A DNA stretch of 63,409 nucleotides, filler included, from Octopus bimaculoides (GCF_001194135.2; 10 parts of 8 records of this genome joined end to end with filler, not necessarily neighbours in it); one strand, 5' to 3'. Shown: positions 11,783 to 26,798, counted from the first letter of the whole stretch. The notes: generated by a model from the letters alone, not told the origin. Numbers and translations are program-made.

Positions 11783-14464
11783 GTGAGTGAGTGAGTGAGT
11801 GTGTGTGTGTGTATACACATACATATCTATGTACCTATATACACATATAATAGACCGAGTAAGCAACATTTTGAAATATTGGACTGTGAAAGACAAAAAA
11901 AAATCTAGTCATTAAAACAAACATACTTCAAACTCGAAAATAGTAACTTTAGTTGTAAGGTTTTACAGAAATAGTAGTAACAGATGTAATCTATGCACTG
12001 CGGGAAAGAAAAATCCTAAAAAGAATTCTCAGTAAGAGGACTATATTTATAAACCGAGGCTGAAGTTTTCAGGTAAATTCATTTTTGTATTCAGTACTAT
12101 CGCCATGTTTGAATGCAAGAGTGATGACGGTGTGTCTCTATGTGTATGCAAATACGCAACGAAACTTGATGTGCACATATTCTTTTACGCTACATTTCTT
12201 CAACTTTACTAATTCTTTTCAAACATACAACTTCATTAGCGTATTGTTATCTTGCTGTCAATTATATAGCCTATATATTCAGGTTATACTTTTTTAATTA
12301 TAACATATCTTCTTAAAATTTCAATGTTTATTAGTGACATAAAAATATATTGAATATATTTTTCGTGTTACTTCAATTTGACCACATATGTTTTGAATTT
12401 AACAAACTGAATTTTTTCTAGAATGCTTTAAATAAACTGAAAGGAAATGAATAGAATTTCCTGTTTATTCTCAAACACACATCAATCAAATCATGTCATC
12501 TATTAATCTGAAGACTGACATTCAGTTTGGAACCAGATTTTATACACAAACACTTGCATACACACACAGAAAATTACACGTATACATACTTGTTCTTGGA
12601 TGTTGCATTAAATGGTAAGTAAATATATTCCTCAATAGCGGATACTTTGATCACTGATTTCTTTTGTAGACAGGAAATCTGACTGTATGGTTGTAGAGAC
12701 TGTATTAATTTACATACATAGCTTTTTTCTCGCATCTCTGATTCGTAGATATTGCCGAGTGCGTTTTTCTTCGATGTCTTCAATTTCACTTCAGTGCTCT
12801 TCATACATTACATACATGCACATACCTCTATATATCACACTCCTTCCTCTTTCCTTTCTCCTTATATATATATATATATATGTACACACACACACATCTT
12901 GGATCCTGATTTGATCATTACAATATCCTTTATGATATTTTCAAGTACGGTACTTTAACATCAAAACAATTTCATAATTAAAGCTAAATTCTTTTGATAT
13001 TTCTCTGCTGTATAAACCATCACAGAAATGATTTTACACAGAAATCCATAACGTAAATTCGATTGTCAGTAAAAATAGAAAACCGGATTTATAACATAAT
13101 ATAAAACAGTGCGAGTAAATTTTATAATGATATATTGCTAGATTTTGAAATGAGATATGATTTCAACAATTTCTCTTGGCATGTGCTTATTGTATCTCAA
13201 TGCAGATGTTTAATAACATATCTCTAAAGTGTGCATGTTTCAAATATTTATGCCTTTGAGAAAAAGTATTCAATTCAGTAGTGTAAATATTTATTGTTGT
13301 GCTGCAGTTATTGTCTGTTACTATCCAGCGTTTCGCGTATGCCACTGACCGCCTGTATATGATAATTAGGAAATAATATTTGTAACAAAATATTTATGAG
13401 GTGCCAGTCATTAGATACAAAATAGGCCAAATGGAAATTATATTATAACATGATGTCTATATATAAATAGAAAATACACGATATATATATATATATATAT
13501 ATATANNNNNNNNNNNNNNNNNNNNNNNNNNNNNNNNNNNNNNNNNNNNNNNNNNNNATATGTTTGTGTGTGTGTATGTATGTATGGATGCGTGATTGTT
13601 GGCAAATGTGTGTGCATGCACACATGTAGATTTGATTTCACTACAACACATACATACGCACATACATCCTTACCACACACATCTGCACAAACACCTATAG
13701 ACGAATCTCGTCCTACCACGCGTATTCAGAGGGACATACACAGGAATATTTATTTCCATTTTCGTTTGGTGTCTTAGATATAACGAGATTATTTCTTATA
13801 ACTCAGACAATATATCTAACAGTATATATAGTGATATGTCTTAGTAAATAATTCTGTCTGTCTTTCTGTTTTTCCTACCATTTTCTCTCTCTGTCTCTAC
13901 TATTTGTCTTTTCCCTCCTGTGTCTATATCGTCTGTACGTGTTAAGGATATGTATGTACATCTGTCTATATATCTATTTAAATATTTATGTCTGTGCATG
14001 TCAGCCTGTCAATATATCCTTTTCCATTTTTATGCCAATACATATACTCCAGTCTGTTATCTATTTACTTATGTATGCATATGCTTGTAATTCTGTCTAT
14101 ACATCTGTTTGCATATTTCTGTCAATCTGTTTGACAATCCGTATTTTCTTTATCGCTAACATGTATATTAGCGGCTTTCACTCTTTCTTTTTATAAACAT
14201 CGCTCCTTGAAATTTTTTCTTACCTTCACTAGTTCTACCTCGCCCTCTATTCAATAAACGGTGAAATAAAAATACTTTAAAACTTATTATTTTATACGAT
14301 TCTTGAGCTTAGTGCATTCCTGATAAATATTTAATACTCATCTCAATGATGCTATGCTTCATTCTTATGTGACGCTTTTTCACACATCCAATCTATTTTT
14401 CATTAATTATCAATCTATTCACTGAACTAAAATCATTTACAATCATACATAATATTGATTTCAA

Positions 14465-14660
14465 ATTTTGGCATTAGGCCAGGAATTTCAAGGGAGGGAG
14501 TGAATCGATTACATCAAGCCCAATTTTCGACTGGTACTTATTTTATCGAACCCGAAAGGATGAAATGTAAAGTCAACCTCGGCGGAATTTGAACTCAGTA
14601 CGTGTGACGGATGAAATGCGGTTAGGCCTTTTTTAACGATTCTGCCTGCTCGTCGCCTCA
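14465..14660 (-). mobile_element. SINE family B copy
   Basis: CCCGAAAGGATGAAATGTAAAGTCAACCTCGGCGGAATTTGAACTCAG shared with 18270-18474. Confidence 0.75.
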
Positions 14661-15393
14661 CAATTATACATAATATTGAAAAACAGACACATTTTCACTA
14701 TTTCCCGTTCCTAACTTTGAATACACTGTTGCTTGTGGTCCAGAATTCTCTCTTTCCTATTTGATCATATTCGTATATTGAATTAGTCTTGCATTGTTAT
14801 TGAATTAATTATTCTAGAAATCCTTCTTCAGATGAATCAATATCACAATTCAATGGCTCTATTATCTATAGTTTTACTTCAAGGGAAAACAAATCAGAAT
14901 GTCTTTCCTCATGTCAATTTTATTGCCAATAGATTTGCAAGATATGCCTTAAAATAAATTTCCGCCGGTTCGTGATTGTCGTGAAATATATTTTGAAATA
15001 AATTTCCTTGAAAGCGTCACAATTTTTGTTGAATACTGTCAATTGTTTTACAATCATTGTTAATCAATGCAAGGAATGTTTTTTGCTGGAAGTTGAAGTG
15101 ATACCTCATTGAGCTTTAGAAATATCCGAGTGAGACGGCGACACATACGACCACTATCACCACCTCGACCGCCAGCACCGCTAGGACTAGCATCAGCAGC
15201 ACCAGCACCAGCATCGGCACCAGCACCAGCCCCAGCACCANNNNNNNNNNNNNNNNNNNNNNNNNNNNNNNNNNNNNNNNNNNNNNNNNNNNNNNNNNNN
15301 NNNNNNNNNNNNNNNNNNNNNNNNNNNNNNNNNNNNNNNNNNNNNNNNNNNNNNNNNNNNNNNNNNNNNNNNNNNNNNNNNNNNNNNNNNNNN

Positions 15394-15624
15394 GGTAAAA
15401 TTTAGTATGTTAATTATATTACCTTACCGCCGCCTCAGCAGGCGCCGCTGCATGCTGCAGCCAAAGCTGCCGTCGCCTTCCACTACTAACTGTATGATAT
15501 CAAGAAAGCGTTAAGCGTCTAGACCCGAGGTTCTCGTTAAGCACCTGGACTCGAGGTTCTCATTAGTCTTCAGGGGACGGCAAGGAGGCGGTGAGGTAAT
15601 ATAATTAACATACTAAATTTTACC
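15394..15624. mobile_element. Foldback/MITE-like element with 38-bp inverted repeats
   Basis: 15394-15431 versus 15587-15624, one mismatch. GC-rich interior with a short internal direct repeat GAC(C/T)CGAGGTTCTC(G/A)TTA. Left edge abuts a gap. Confidence 0.6.
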
Positions 15625-16019
15625 TACCGTTGTAACTATATTATTATGCATAATAAAAGTAGTAATGGTTCTTAAAAGAAAATGAGGTCAGGCTCAAGAA
15701 ATTCATTAGCTTGCAATGGATAAAGTAAATTTACACTTTTTGTCCTTATAAATTATTTTTATCCGTTCACTGATAGAGGCTTATGCAATCTATGTCTAGA
15801 GTAAAATATATATATTATCATCCATGTTAAGTTAGTTTATTTGAGATACTTTACCCGTCACTTATGTGGGCGCTAGGCATAAGAGCTACTTAAAAGAGGA
15901 GTGCCACAACCAAAATAAAAAAAAGAAGTTTAAGAACCACTGGTGAAGACCTTTGGCAATCCGTACGACTTCCGTACGTTACAAGGTCTTACATAAGTCT
16001 TACATATTGCTTATTATTA

Positions 16020-16800
16020 TTGAAACATCTTTCAGAGTAGGCTTGTTGTTCTACCTTATCGAATATTTTGATAACTATAAATGAATCATGCAGCATGGGA
16101 CTCTTGTTTTTGTTAGATTTTGTTTGTGAGCAATGCAGTATATTGAACCGATTTCAAGATATATTTTTTATTTAATGTACTATGGGGTATTTATACCTTC
16201 TACTCAATGCGTTAGCATCTTCAGTTGCAATCGATATCAAATTTTCTAATGGAACTATTTTCATCTACTTAGTATCTTAAAGCAATAGAAGTAGATTCCA
16301 TGGAAGTTTCATATTTTAGACATTTTACAAACGATATTCTTCCAGTTCATAGTCTTCATAAAAATAACAATACATAAGTCATGAGAAAATCTTTGCTATT
16401 GACAACTGCAGTCCAATCAACAAGTATTGTATATTTAGCTTCAGCTAGATTGTTATTCAGTATTGAGAGATATTTCATCAATTTGTCTTCGGATTAACTT
16501 GTTGCTTAATGGTAAACTTTTTAAGAATTTCCAAGGATCTTCATGCATAACGTTTGAAATAACAGTTTCTACTATTGAATTTATGACTTTCTAATTAATG
16601 GCAAGACAACGACTATCTTTGTATCAAATTTTGCGATCACATGTGACGCGTTGTTGACTTCACCTAATTTGATTATTATGTTTTACAAAATGCGTAAGTT
16701 AGGCTTCCATTCAAAATAAGTTTTCAGTTGGTTTTATTTGTTGTATATGGATGTATTTGATCAAGAATCTCATAGGTTTTAAATAATTAGGATGTCTTGA
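16020..16800 (-). mobile_element. Degraded hAT (Charlie/ZBED8/SCAND3-like) transposase
   Basis: Minus-strand motifs PLSNKLIRRQIDEIS, LISIATEDA (for IATDGA), YCIAHKQNL (for HCxxHRQxL) and LHDS, with many stops and frameshifts. Confidence 0.65.
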
Positions 16801-16851
16801 CAGTTTAAAAATTTCATTCTAAATATAATTATTGTTTAATGGATACTTTGT

Positions 16852-16942
16852 TCTTCTTCGGACCAAGAGGTCTTTCTTTTGGATCAAGAGGGATTTTCTT
16901 TTGGATTAAGAAAGCTTTCAATAGTTTCTTTTGGATCAAGAG
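16852..16942. repeat. Four imperfect copies of TTCTTTTGGATCAAGAG next to the hAT relic (possible subterminal repeats)
   Basis: Units start at about 16852, 16874, 16896 and 16925. Confidence 0.6.
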
Positions 16943-17546
16943 GGTTTTCAATAAGTTAAAATTCACCATAGCATCGGCAGCATTTTTATATTTGTTTCAT
17001 TTGACACTGCATAAAGGCTTTATTCATTATGTAATTACAAAAAGATAAAATTGCAACATAAATATTTTTTAAAATATCAGGAATAAAAAATAGACTATAT
17101 GTATTTCTCTTTCATCTTTTTGGAGTTGATAAAATAAGTATCAGTCGAGCACTGGGGTCGATGTAAATAACTTATCCCCCACCCCCAAAATTACTGGCTT
17201 GGTGCCAAAATTTGAAACCAATATAAAAGTCATGTAACCTCAAATACGTAATTTTTGCCCTTCCAATTCGGACTCTTACTAGAATGTTAAACTAGGCGTA
17301 ATAGCCTAACAGTTGTACTTTCAGTTTCGTTTTGATGCTAGTTACTCAAGATGTCATTTCAATATAATCATGTAAAACAACCAGCAACTTCAATTGATAA
17401 AATTGCTAGTACTGCTTTTTGTAATACAAAAATGACATTAAAAATAATTATCATATGATTTTAATAGCAGAAGTGTAATTTTTAAACTGAAGTAAGCATT
17501 CAACATTTGCAAATATTTATACATTTGCAAATACATTATATTAATA

Positions 17547-17587
17547 GGCGCAGGAGTGGGTATGCAGTAAGTAGCTTGCTTACGAAC
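17547..17587 (+). mobile_element. SINE family A, head-only fragment
   Basis: GGCGCAGGAGTGGGTATGCAGTAAGTAGCTTGCTTACGAAC matches the reverse complement of 1793-1833. Confidence 0.65.
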
Positions 17588-17699
17588 GTCGCAAGAGAAA
17601 CTAAAGTGAATTGGAGGGAGAGACAGAAAAAGAATCTGAAAACGATTCACATTCCTCATGATAATACGCAAGCACACAAATTTTAGGCAACATAACACG

Positions 17700-18013
17700 C
17701 AATCAGCAGTATTTTTTTTATCCACTGAACAGCTCGGATCTGGTGCCTTTGGTTTTCAACATGTTCCGTCCAATATAGAACAGTCTTCTGAAAGAATAAG
17801 TGGATGACAGCCGTGGTCGTGAAGCAGTGGATACATCAGTGCACACCTGAATGTTTTCAAAAAGGACTCTAAGAGTTTGATTCAACAAAAGCACAAATGC
17901 ATCGCTCCTGAAGGATATTATGTTGAGTACTCTATTTACAAAGAGTAATATGTGCAATTTGAAGGACCAATGTCAGTTAAACCATGTTTGCATTATTTTC
18001 AGTATAACCTTCG
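17700..18013 (+). mobile_element. Mariner transposase C-terminal relic with 3' TIR-like end
   Basis: PLNSSDLVP (for PYSPDLAP) and KCIAPEGYYVE (for KCIxxxGxYVE); end GCATTATTTTCAGTATAACCTTCG. Confidence 0.55.
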
Positions 18014-18269
18014 ACATTTGTTAGAAACTCTTTATGAATGTGTATCATTCAGGAAAATGAACATTTGAAACTCCATTTTATTGTTAGACAGGACAGAGAC
18101 TGTTTCAGCGATCAAATAAATTGACTGTGCTAATCAAATTATTGTCTTGAAACAATAATTTGTCTCTTGAAACAAGAGACAAATTTACAATTAAAATCAA
18201 GTGTTGACTGAGACTTCAAATTTTGTTTAAAGAAATATATGTGAAGATAGAAATAATAATTATTATTAT

Positions 18270-18472
18270 TTCAAATTTTTGCCAAAGGAGCAGCTTGGAG
18301 AAGGTGGGGATGAGTCGATTACATCGACCCCAGTGTTCAACTTATTTTATCGACTACGAAAGAATGAAAGGCAAAGTTGACCTCGGCGGAATTTGAACTC
18401 AAAACGTAGCGACGGGCGAAATACCGCTAAGCATTTTGTCCAGCGTGCTAACGATTCTGCCAGCACATCGCC

Positions 18473-18474
<2 letters not shown>
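18270..18474 (-). mobile_element. tRNA-derived SINE family B
   Basis: Minus strand AAGGCGATGTGCTGGCAGAATCGTTAGCACGC...TTTTGAGTTCAAATTCCGCCGAGGTCAACTTTGCCTTTCATTC...CACTGGGGTCGATGTAATCGAC. Head abuts (AAT)n. Confidence 0.8.
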
Positions 18475-18517
<43 letters not shown>

Positions 18518-18693
18518 NNNNNNNNNNNNNNNNNNNNNNNNNNNNNNNNNNNNNNNNNNNNTTAATTAATTAANNNNNNNNNNNNNNNNNNNNNNNNNNN
18601 NNNNNNNNNNNNNNNNNTATATATATAGATAGATAGATAGATAAATACCTCTATTTACAAAATATCGAGGTCTCATACATACTTTTGTTGTCA

Positions 18694-18741
<48 letters not shown>

Positions 18742-18758
18742 CATTAATATATATATGT

Positions 18759-18791
<33 letters not shown>

Positions 18792-19049
18792 CGCACACAC
18801 ACATATATATATATATATAAATATACATGCACGTTCGTCTTATGTGTATATGCATGTATACATACCTATAAATGTATGCATAAACAAATGCGTACATACG
18901 CGTGCGCGCGTACACACACATACGCACGTACATATACGTGGTATCATCAATGTGTATCCGGACTCTTGCCATAGTAACGAAGCTAAAGCACGCAGAGTAA
19001 AACGGTTTGGCACAGATTGACTTTGAACTCTGCAGTGCATGCGCACTAA

Positions 19050-20126
<1,077 letters not shown>

Positions 20127-20418
20127 GGAGCAAATAATTCAGAAGAAGACATTTGCGAAGATATTATTGACTCTATTATTATCTAGTGTCACAATTAAAA
20201 ATGATAATAGCTATATATATAAATATTGAAGATAGAAAACTTCGAATTCAACATACCAGACGAACACTCTATGTATCCAGCATAGTACATAGAAATTGTT
20301 TATTCCTATATATCTATGTAAGAGGCGGACTTTTCGAATTGCATCATCTTGTTCAGAATAAAATTCAGCACTGAATATATTCTGGTTATATTTACAACTT
20401 AAAAATAGAATAAAATCT

Positions 20419-20744
20419 TAAGAATTTATGAAGTAGTTAACGTGAAAAAAACCTCATAAGGGAAAAAAATATTAACTATTCCCTATAAAGAGGGCATTTT
20501 CTGCACTGATTACGAAATCATGAAATACCGCTAAGTTTGATTTTAGGAGGCTCTCTTCGAGAGTTGCATTCCCTCGCGTTCGGTAAAATGTGTTTATTAT
20601 GGTAGTTTGACTTTTAGAGTCCCTCCTAGCGTGAGGCATTTATGTATAGTAATGCCCTTAATATAAATTAATATATTTATAGGGAATAATTAATAAATTT
20701 TTCCCTATGAGGTTTTTTCACGTTAACTACTTGATACATTCTTA
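20419..20744. mobile_element. MITE with ~70-bp imperfect TIRs
   Basis: TAAGAATTTATGAAGTAGTTAACGTGAAAAAAACCTCATAAGGGAAAAA...TTCCCTATAAA is mirrored at 20676-20744. Non-coding interior. Confidence 0.75.
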
Positions 20745-21797
20745 TTAAGATTTTATCTCATATTTAAATTGGAAAAAAAATATATATATANNNNNNNNNN
20801 NNNNNNNNNNNNNNNNNNNNNNNNNNNNNNNNNNNNNNNNNNNNNNNNNNNNNNNNNNNNNNNNNNNNNNNNNNNNNNNNNNNNNNNNNNNNNNNNNNNN
20901 NNNNNNNNNNNNNNNNNNNNNNNNNNNNNNNNNNNNNNNNNNNNNNNNNNNNNNNNNNNNNNNNNNNNNNNNNNNNNNNNNNNNNNNNNNNNNNNNNNNN
21001 NNNNNNNNNNNNNNNNNNNNNNNNNNNNNNNNNNNNNNNNNNNNNNNNNNNNNNNNNNNNNNNNNNNNNNNNNNNNNNNNNNNNNNNNNNNNNNNNNNNN
21101 NNNNNNNNNNNNNNNNNNNNNNNNNNNNNNNNNNNNNNNNNNNNNNNNNNNNNNNNNNNNNNNNNNNNNNNATATATATATATATATATACATACGTACA
21201 TACATTCATATATACATAAATACATACATATATATGTATGTATATAAAAGAAAAGGAGCGATACACACACTTATACACATAGACACGCTAATATGCACAC
21301 ACAGACACATACATATAGTAAACTAAATTTAAGCTATTAACATTTCTATGACATAACGCGCACCCAAACTGAATAAGATCTAAGAAATAAAATGTGAACT
21401 AAACCGACATATAGGTCAATCTAAGCATCTGTTGTTTACCGGGAGACTTTACCGATTATATTTAACCATCTCCGCGAGATTTAACCCATCAAGTTAGAAT
21501 TTATAAATGCTTTATTGGACGAGCTAACATTTTTTACCTTTACTAGATGAGCTAGAATTTTTTACGTTTCTCAAGCAAGAATCGTCGTCATTCAATCACA
21601 ATTATTTTAGAACGTTCTAGCATTGTCTATTTTAATTCAGTATCATCGCTGACACACAGAAATTACTGTCGTGTTAATAACTGTATCATAACTGAGAAGA
21701 ATATGAAGTGTAAATAATATTTATTTTAAGATGGCTTTGTCTACTTTCTTCATCTTATAACGTTCTTGTAAATGCATAACTTTAAGATCACATCAAT

Positions 21798-21831
<34 letters not shown>

Positions 21832-22039
21832 TGTATGTATGTATGTATGTATGTATGTTTGTTTGTATGTATGTATGTATGTATGTATGTGTATATATGT
21901 ATGTGTATATATATATATATACATAAATATATATGTATATATGTGTATATCTATCTATTTACACATACACACACTCACTCAGACACACACACACATATAT
22001 ATATATACATATATATATATAAATATATATATATGCACA

Positions 22040-23200
22040 CAGGGTGGGGAAGCAAAACTTGGAAAATAATAGATAATTCACGAAATTGTTTACATTGCAA
22101 TCTTACGTAAATTTAACCTTAACACAAGAATATAGGTGTTATAAAGAGACAATTTATTCAATATGTCTGCCTTCATCATCCACCACAGCCGTCATACACC
22201 ACCTGAAGGCGTCAAAACTCTTCATCATGAAGTACTCAAACATGTTCTCTCACTCTTCCCTCAGAGTTTGCTTAAACGGATCAAGACTTGGATACGAAGT
22301 TCTGTTGGTAGAATGCCCCAATTTACCCCATACGGCATAGTCCAGGGAGTTCAAGTCTGGACTGGAAGAAAGCTTGAAGTTGGCGGGACAAAAGTTGGTG
22401 AAGTTGTCTTCGGAGAATTTCTGCACTTTCTTCGCCGTATGAGCAGGAGAACCATCTTGAGTCCACACGTAATTACCGTTGGTAGTTAAACTTCTTTTCA
22501 GACTTGAAAAAATGGAGTGGCATCTTTTTTCCGTCAGACGCCACGAATCCCAGTATCATGACTTGAGCTAAGGGCTTGGTCTTAAAGACGCCTTTTACTT
22601 CAGAAGATGACTTAGCGATGTATCGATCATTGCGACGTTTTAAAACAGCATCAACGGTAAAGATGCTTTCATCTGAAAAGATTTTGACGGTTTCTTCATT
22701 GTACTTCAGGTATCGCAACACTTTTTGGCCATGTCATGCCTTTTGGCTTTCATTGCATGAGTCAATAGGTGTCTCGGGGTCCTCATGTATGACCCAAAAT
22801 GTAAACCAGTGCGTACAGATTTCTGATGGTCTTTGGATCAACATTCATGTCCATGGATAGTTTTCTCATGGATGTTGTTGGATCATTTGAAATGGTGGCT
22901 TTGAAACATTTAAGAAATGCATTATCCCGTTTTATTGTTTATGTCTCCACTTCCTTGCTTTATTTTGTGTTTCCAATATCCAGCATTCGGTTGTTAACGT
23001 TGTAGACAGTGCTCACAGAGGCCCCAACAGCCTGAGCAATACGTCTAACTGCAGCTCCGACACGAAGCAAATCTGCAATGCGTTGTCTTTTGGTTTCTTA
23101 AGTGGACATGTTAGATCGTATGACTGGAACTTCAACTGAAATTAAATCTATATACTTCTAATCTGAAGTAGAAAACAATATTTTAGTATTTACGCTCATC
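22040..23200 (-). mobile_element. maT / DD37D (mori-type) transposon, frameshifted
   Basis: FSDESIFTV, RRNDRYI, QVMILGFVASDGKKMP and QDGSPAHT...SSSPDLNSLDYAVWG, with exactly 37 residues between the second and third Asp. CAGGGTG end at 22040; the other end runs into (TAT)n and a gap. Confidence 0.85.
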
Positions 23201-23202
23201 AA

Positions 23203-23318
<116 letters not shown>

Positions 23319-24201
23319 NNNNNNNNNNNNNNNNNNNNNNNNNNNNNNNNNNNNNNNNNNNNNNNNNNNNNNNNNNNNNNNNNNNNNNNNNNNNNNNNNN
23401 NNNNNNNNNNNNNNNNNNNNNNNNNNNNNNNNNNNNNNNNNNNNNNNNNNNNNNNNNNNNNNNNNNNNNNNNNNNNNNNNNNNNNNNNNNNNNNNNNNNN
23501 NNNNNNNNNNNNNNNNNNNNNNNNNNNNNNNNNNNNNNNNNNNNNNNNNNNNNNNNNNNNNNNNNNNNNNNNNNNNNNNNNNNNNNNNNNNNNNNNNNNN
23601 NNNNNNNNNNNNNNNNNNNNNNNNNNNNNNNNNNNNNNNNNNNNNNNNNNNNNNNNNNNNNNNNNNNNNNNNNNNNNNNNNNNNNNNNNNNNNNNNNNNN
23701 NNNNNNNNNNNNNNNNNNNNNNNNNNNNNNNNNNNNNNNNNNNNNNNNNNNNNNNNNNNNNNNNNNNNNNNNNNNNNNNNNNNNNNNNNNNNNNNNNNNN
23801 NNNNNNNNNNNNNNNNNNNNNNNNNNNNNNNNNNNNNNNNNNNNNNNNNNNNNNNNNNNNNNNNNNNNNNNNNNNNNNNNNNNNNNNNNNNNNNNNNNNN
23901 NNNNNNNNNNNNNNNNNNNNNNNNNNNNNNNNNNNNNNNNNNNNNNNNNNNNNNNNNNNNNNNNNNNNNNNNNNNNNNNNNNNNNNNNNNNNNNNNNNNN
24001 NNNNNNNNNNNNNNNNNNNNNNNNNNNNNNNNNNNNNNNNNNNNNNNNNNNNNNNNNNNNNNNNNNNNNNNNNNNNNNNNNNNNNNNNNNNNNNNNNNNN
24101 NNNNNNNNNNNNNNNNNNNNNNNNNNNNNNNNNNNNNNNNNNNNNNNNNNNNNNNNNNNNNNNNNNNNNNNNNNNNNNNNNNNNNNNNNNNNNNNNNNNN
24201 N

Positions 24202-24249
<48 letters not shown>

Positions 24250-24643
24250 CGTGCGTGTGTGTGTGTGTAATTAAACAAGATGCAAGTAAAAGCCCTGAAT
24301 GCTATGCAAAACTTGTCCACAGTTATTGGCTACCTAATGTCATCATACAGAAGAAATGGTCCTGTTACTGGATATACATCAGAAATTTCATAGAGTACCT
24401 GTAGAGTTTATATAAACAAATTCATGGTAGAGAATGGAATGAGCAACATTCTTTATTTAAAATTACAACAATTGTTTTGACATATTTATGGGTGTAAAAA
24501 TGCGCCAAAACAATTGTAGTGATTTTGAATAAAGAATGTCGTAATTCTATTTTACATTATAAGTGTGACTGTCTGTCTTTCTGTCTGTTTACCTCTCTTT
24601 TTATCTATCTAGCTATCTGTCTGTCTGAATGACTGCCTGTCTG

Positions 24644-24722
<79 letters not shown>

Positions 24723-24975
24723 CCAGGACTCTGAGTAAGCACTAGGTGTTTCACAAACACTCAGCTCTGTGTGCACTGCTCCCAATGACTTGTAATTCAA
24801 TAAACTTGACTACGTGATTATTTCTCATTCGTTCATTAATATTAGATCCTATACTAACATAATGCTTTACTCAAAAGCATATGTATATTAAATTTTAGCA
24901 ACAGGTTGTTAGTGCTACAACTCCTAAGCGAAATGTTAATATAGATACATATATACACACACATGCAAACGCACG

Positions 24976-25038
<63 letters not shown>

Positions 25039-25101
25039 ATGTATATATTTACATATGTATTCGTATATGTGGTGTATATACGTACATACACACATGCTCA
25101 G

Positions 25102-25893
25102 GCAAGGTGCATTGTAGAAATTTTGAAATATTTTTAGGTGAGGCAGTCTCTCTCTGCCATTATTGCAATTTTATCTTATCATTGCTGTTCATCTTATAAG
25201 AACCTCCTTACCAAGTTTTGTAATTCCAGATTGAAGAAGACGGATATAACAGCACTTTGAGCATACCTTACTAAACTAAAGCAGCGTGTCACAGATGAGT
25301 AATTCGCAGAATGCAGTCGAGACATGAAGAAAATTTGTAAGATTACTATGCAATAAAGTTTTGTGTTTAACTTGGTAAAAATGCTACTGAAACCTATGAA
25401 GTGATCCAGACTGAATATGGATTAGTTTGTATGAGCAGAATATCTATTTTTCGCAAGCAAAAAAAGGGAGACAAAGCAAGTCCACCGGGAAGTTTATGAT
25501 GTCCGTTTCTTTCGAAAAGAAGGGATTCATCTACATCTAGTGAGTTTCCTCTGACTAAACGGTCAACAAAGAATACTTTGTAGATGTTTTGCACCAGTCC
25601 ACAATTCCATCCTAGTAACCAACTAACCGATCTTCACTCAATTCAGATTTTTGAGCCTGAAAATTTTTGGTTGTTCCCCACGCTGAAATACATGAAGGAG
25701 GCTGTGACAGGTGTCCTGGACATCTTCATTTTGGAGGACTTCCATGGAATCCTTCACAAAGTCACTAGAATACTTCAACGAATGCACTGAAGTCATAGGA
25801 TCCAATCTTGAAGGAAATTAGAATTTTGAATCTCTTAGAAATGAATAAATGTCTCTCTTGAAAAAGGCACAAAACTTCTAGAATGCACCTTGC
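25102..25893 (+). mobile_element. Internally deleted mariner with both TIRs
   Basis: 24-bp TIRs GCAAGGTGCATTGTAGAAATTTTG (25102-25125) and CAAAACTTCTAGAATGCACCTTGC (25870-25893), two mismatches. Residual GKNATET, GKFMMSV and FWLFPTLK transposase pieces. Confidence 0.7.
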
Positions 25894-26564
25894 ATGTATA
25901 AGCATATGGTCACTGTAACTGGTGCCTCACATCAAGTTATTCCAGTTTCATGTTCCCTATCGTAAAAGCGGTTACTTTTTCTAATGGTGCAACATTGTAT
26001 GGCTTATTCGAGTATATCTACTCCAGTATATATTGCAGCCTCCGACTTAATTTATAGAAACCTTTTTATTGAACAGTCATGAAACATAAAAAAAAACCCA
26101 CATTGACATAACATCCATTATAAGTCACATAAATATAGGCATAAAGACACCTGAACTCTTATGCGCTCACACACACATACACATATACAAATGTATACAA
26201 GAGTTGAAATGCGTGGAATTTAAACTCAGGAAGCAAATAAGCGATAGAAATACCACAAACCATTTTGTTGGTGCCTTTAACTATTCTTCTAATCCATCGT
26301 GTAGAATTTTTTAAAAATCGGAACAAGATGGTCGATTAAAGTAATTGTTACAATCTTGGACGAAATATTTGATATATTTCAGGTTCTTAGTGTTCTGGTC
26401 TTTCTAACACTGTTACATCGGTCCCCGACAGAAAAATCAGGTGGCTCAGACAGTACACTTGTTTCCATGTATAAAAGTCATTCTTCCAAAACAAACATAC
26501 ATACATAACACACACACACACACATATACACACACACGCACACACACAAACATTCGTATCATAA

Positions 26565-26798
26565 CATCATCATCATCATCATCATCGTTTAACGTCTGCT
26601 TTCCATGCTAGCATGTGTTGGACGATTTGACTGAGGACTGGTGAAACCGGATGGCAACACCAGGCTCCAGTCTGATTTGGCAGAGTTTCTACAGCTGGAT
26701 GCCCTTCCTAACGCCAACCACTCAGAGAGTGTAGTGGGTGCTTTTACGTGTCACCCGCACGAAAACGGCCACGCTCGAAATGGTGTCTTTTATGTGCC
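26565..26798 (-). mobile_element. 3' part of a SINE with (GAT)n tail
   Basis: Minus strand GAGTGGTTGGCGTTAGGAAGGGCATCCAGCTGTAGAAAC...GGAAAGCAGACGTTAAAC(GAT)n. The AGGAAGGGCATCC block is a recurrent metazoan SINE motif; the head is lost in a gap. Confidence 0.6.

Noticed and set aside
15109-15405. Pro/Ala-rich ORF (PAPAPASAPAP)
   Set aside because: Arises from a (GCACCA)n hexamer repeat running into a gap; no splice or domain support.
18518-18617. TTAATTAATTAA palindrome recurring inside N runs (also ~26843, 32769, 39509, 44769, 49784, 52405, 54193, 61329)
   Set aside because: It is always centred in a ~100-bp N44-12-N44 block and places stops in all six frames. This is an artificial scaffold spacer, not biology; adjacency across these joins is uncertain.
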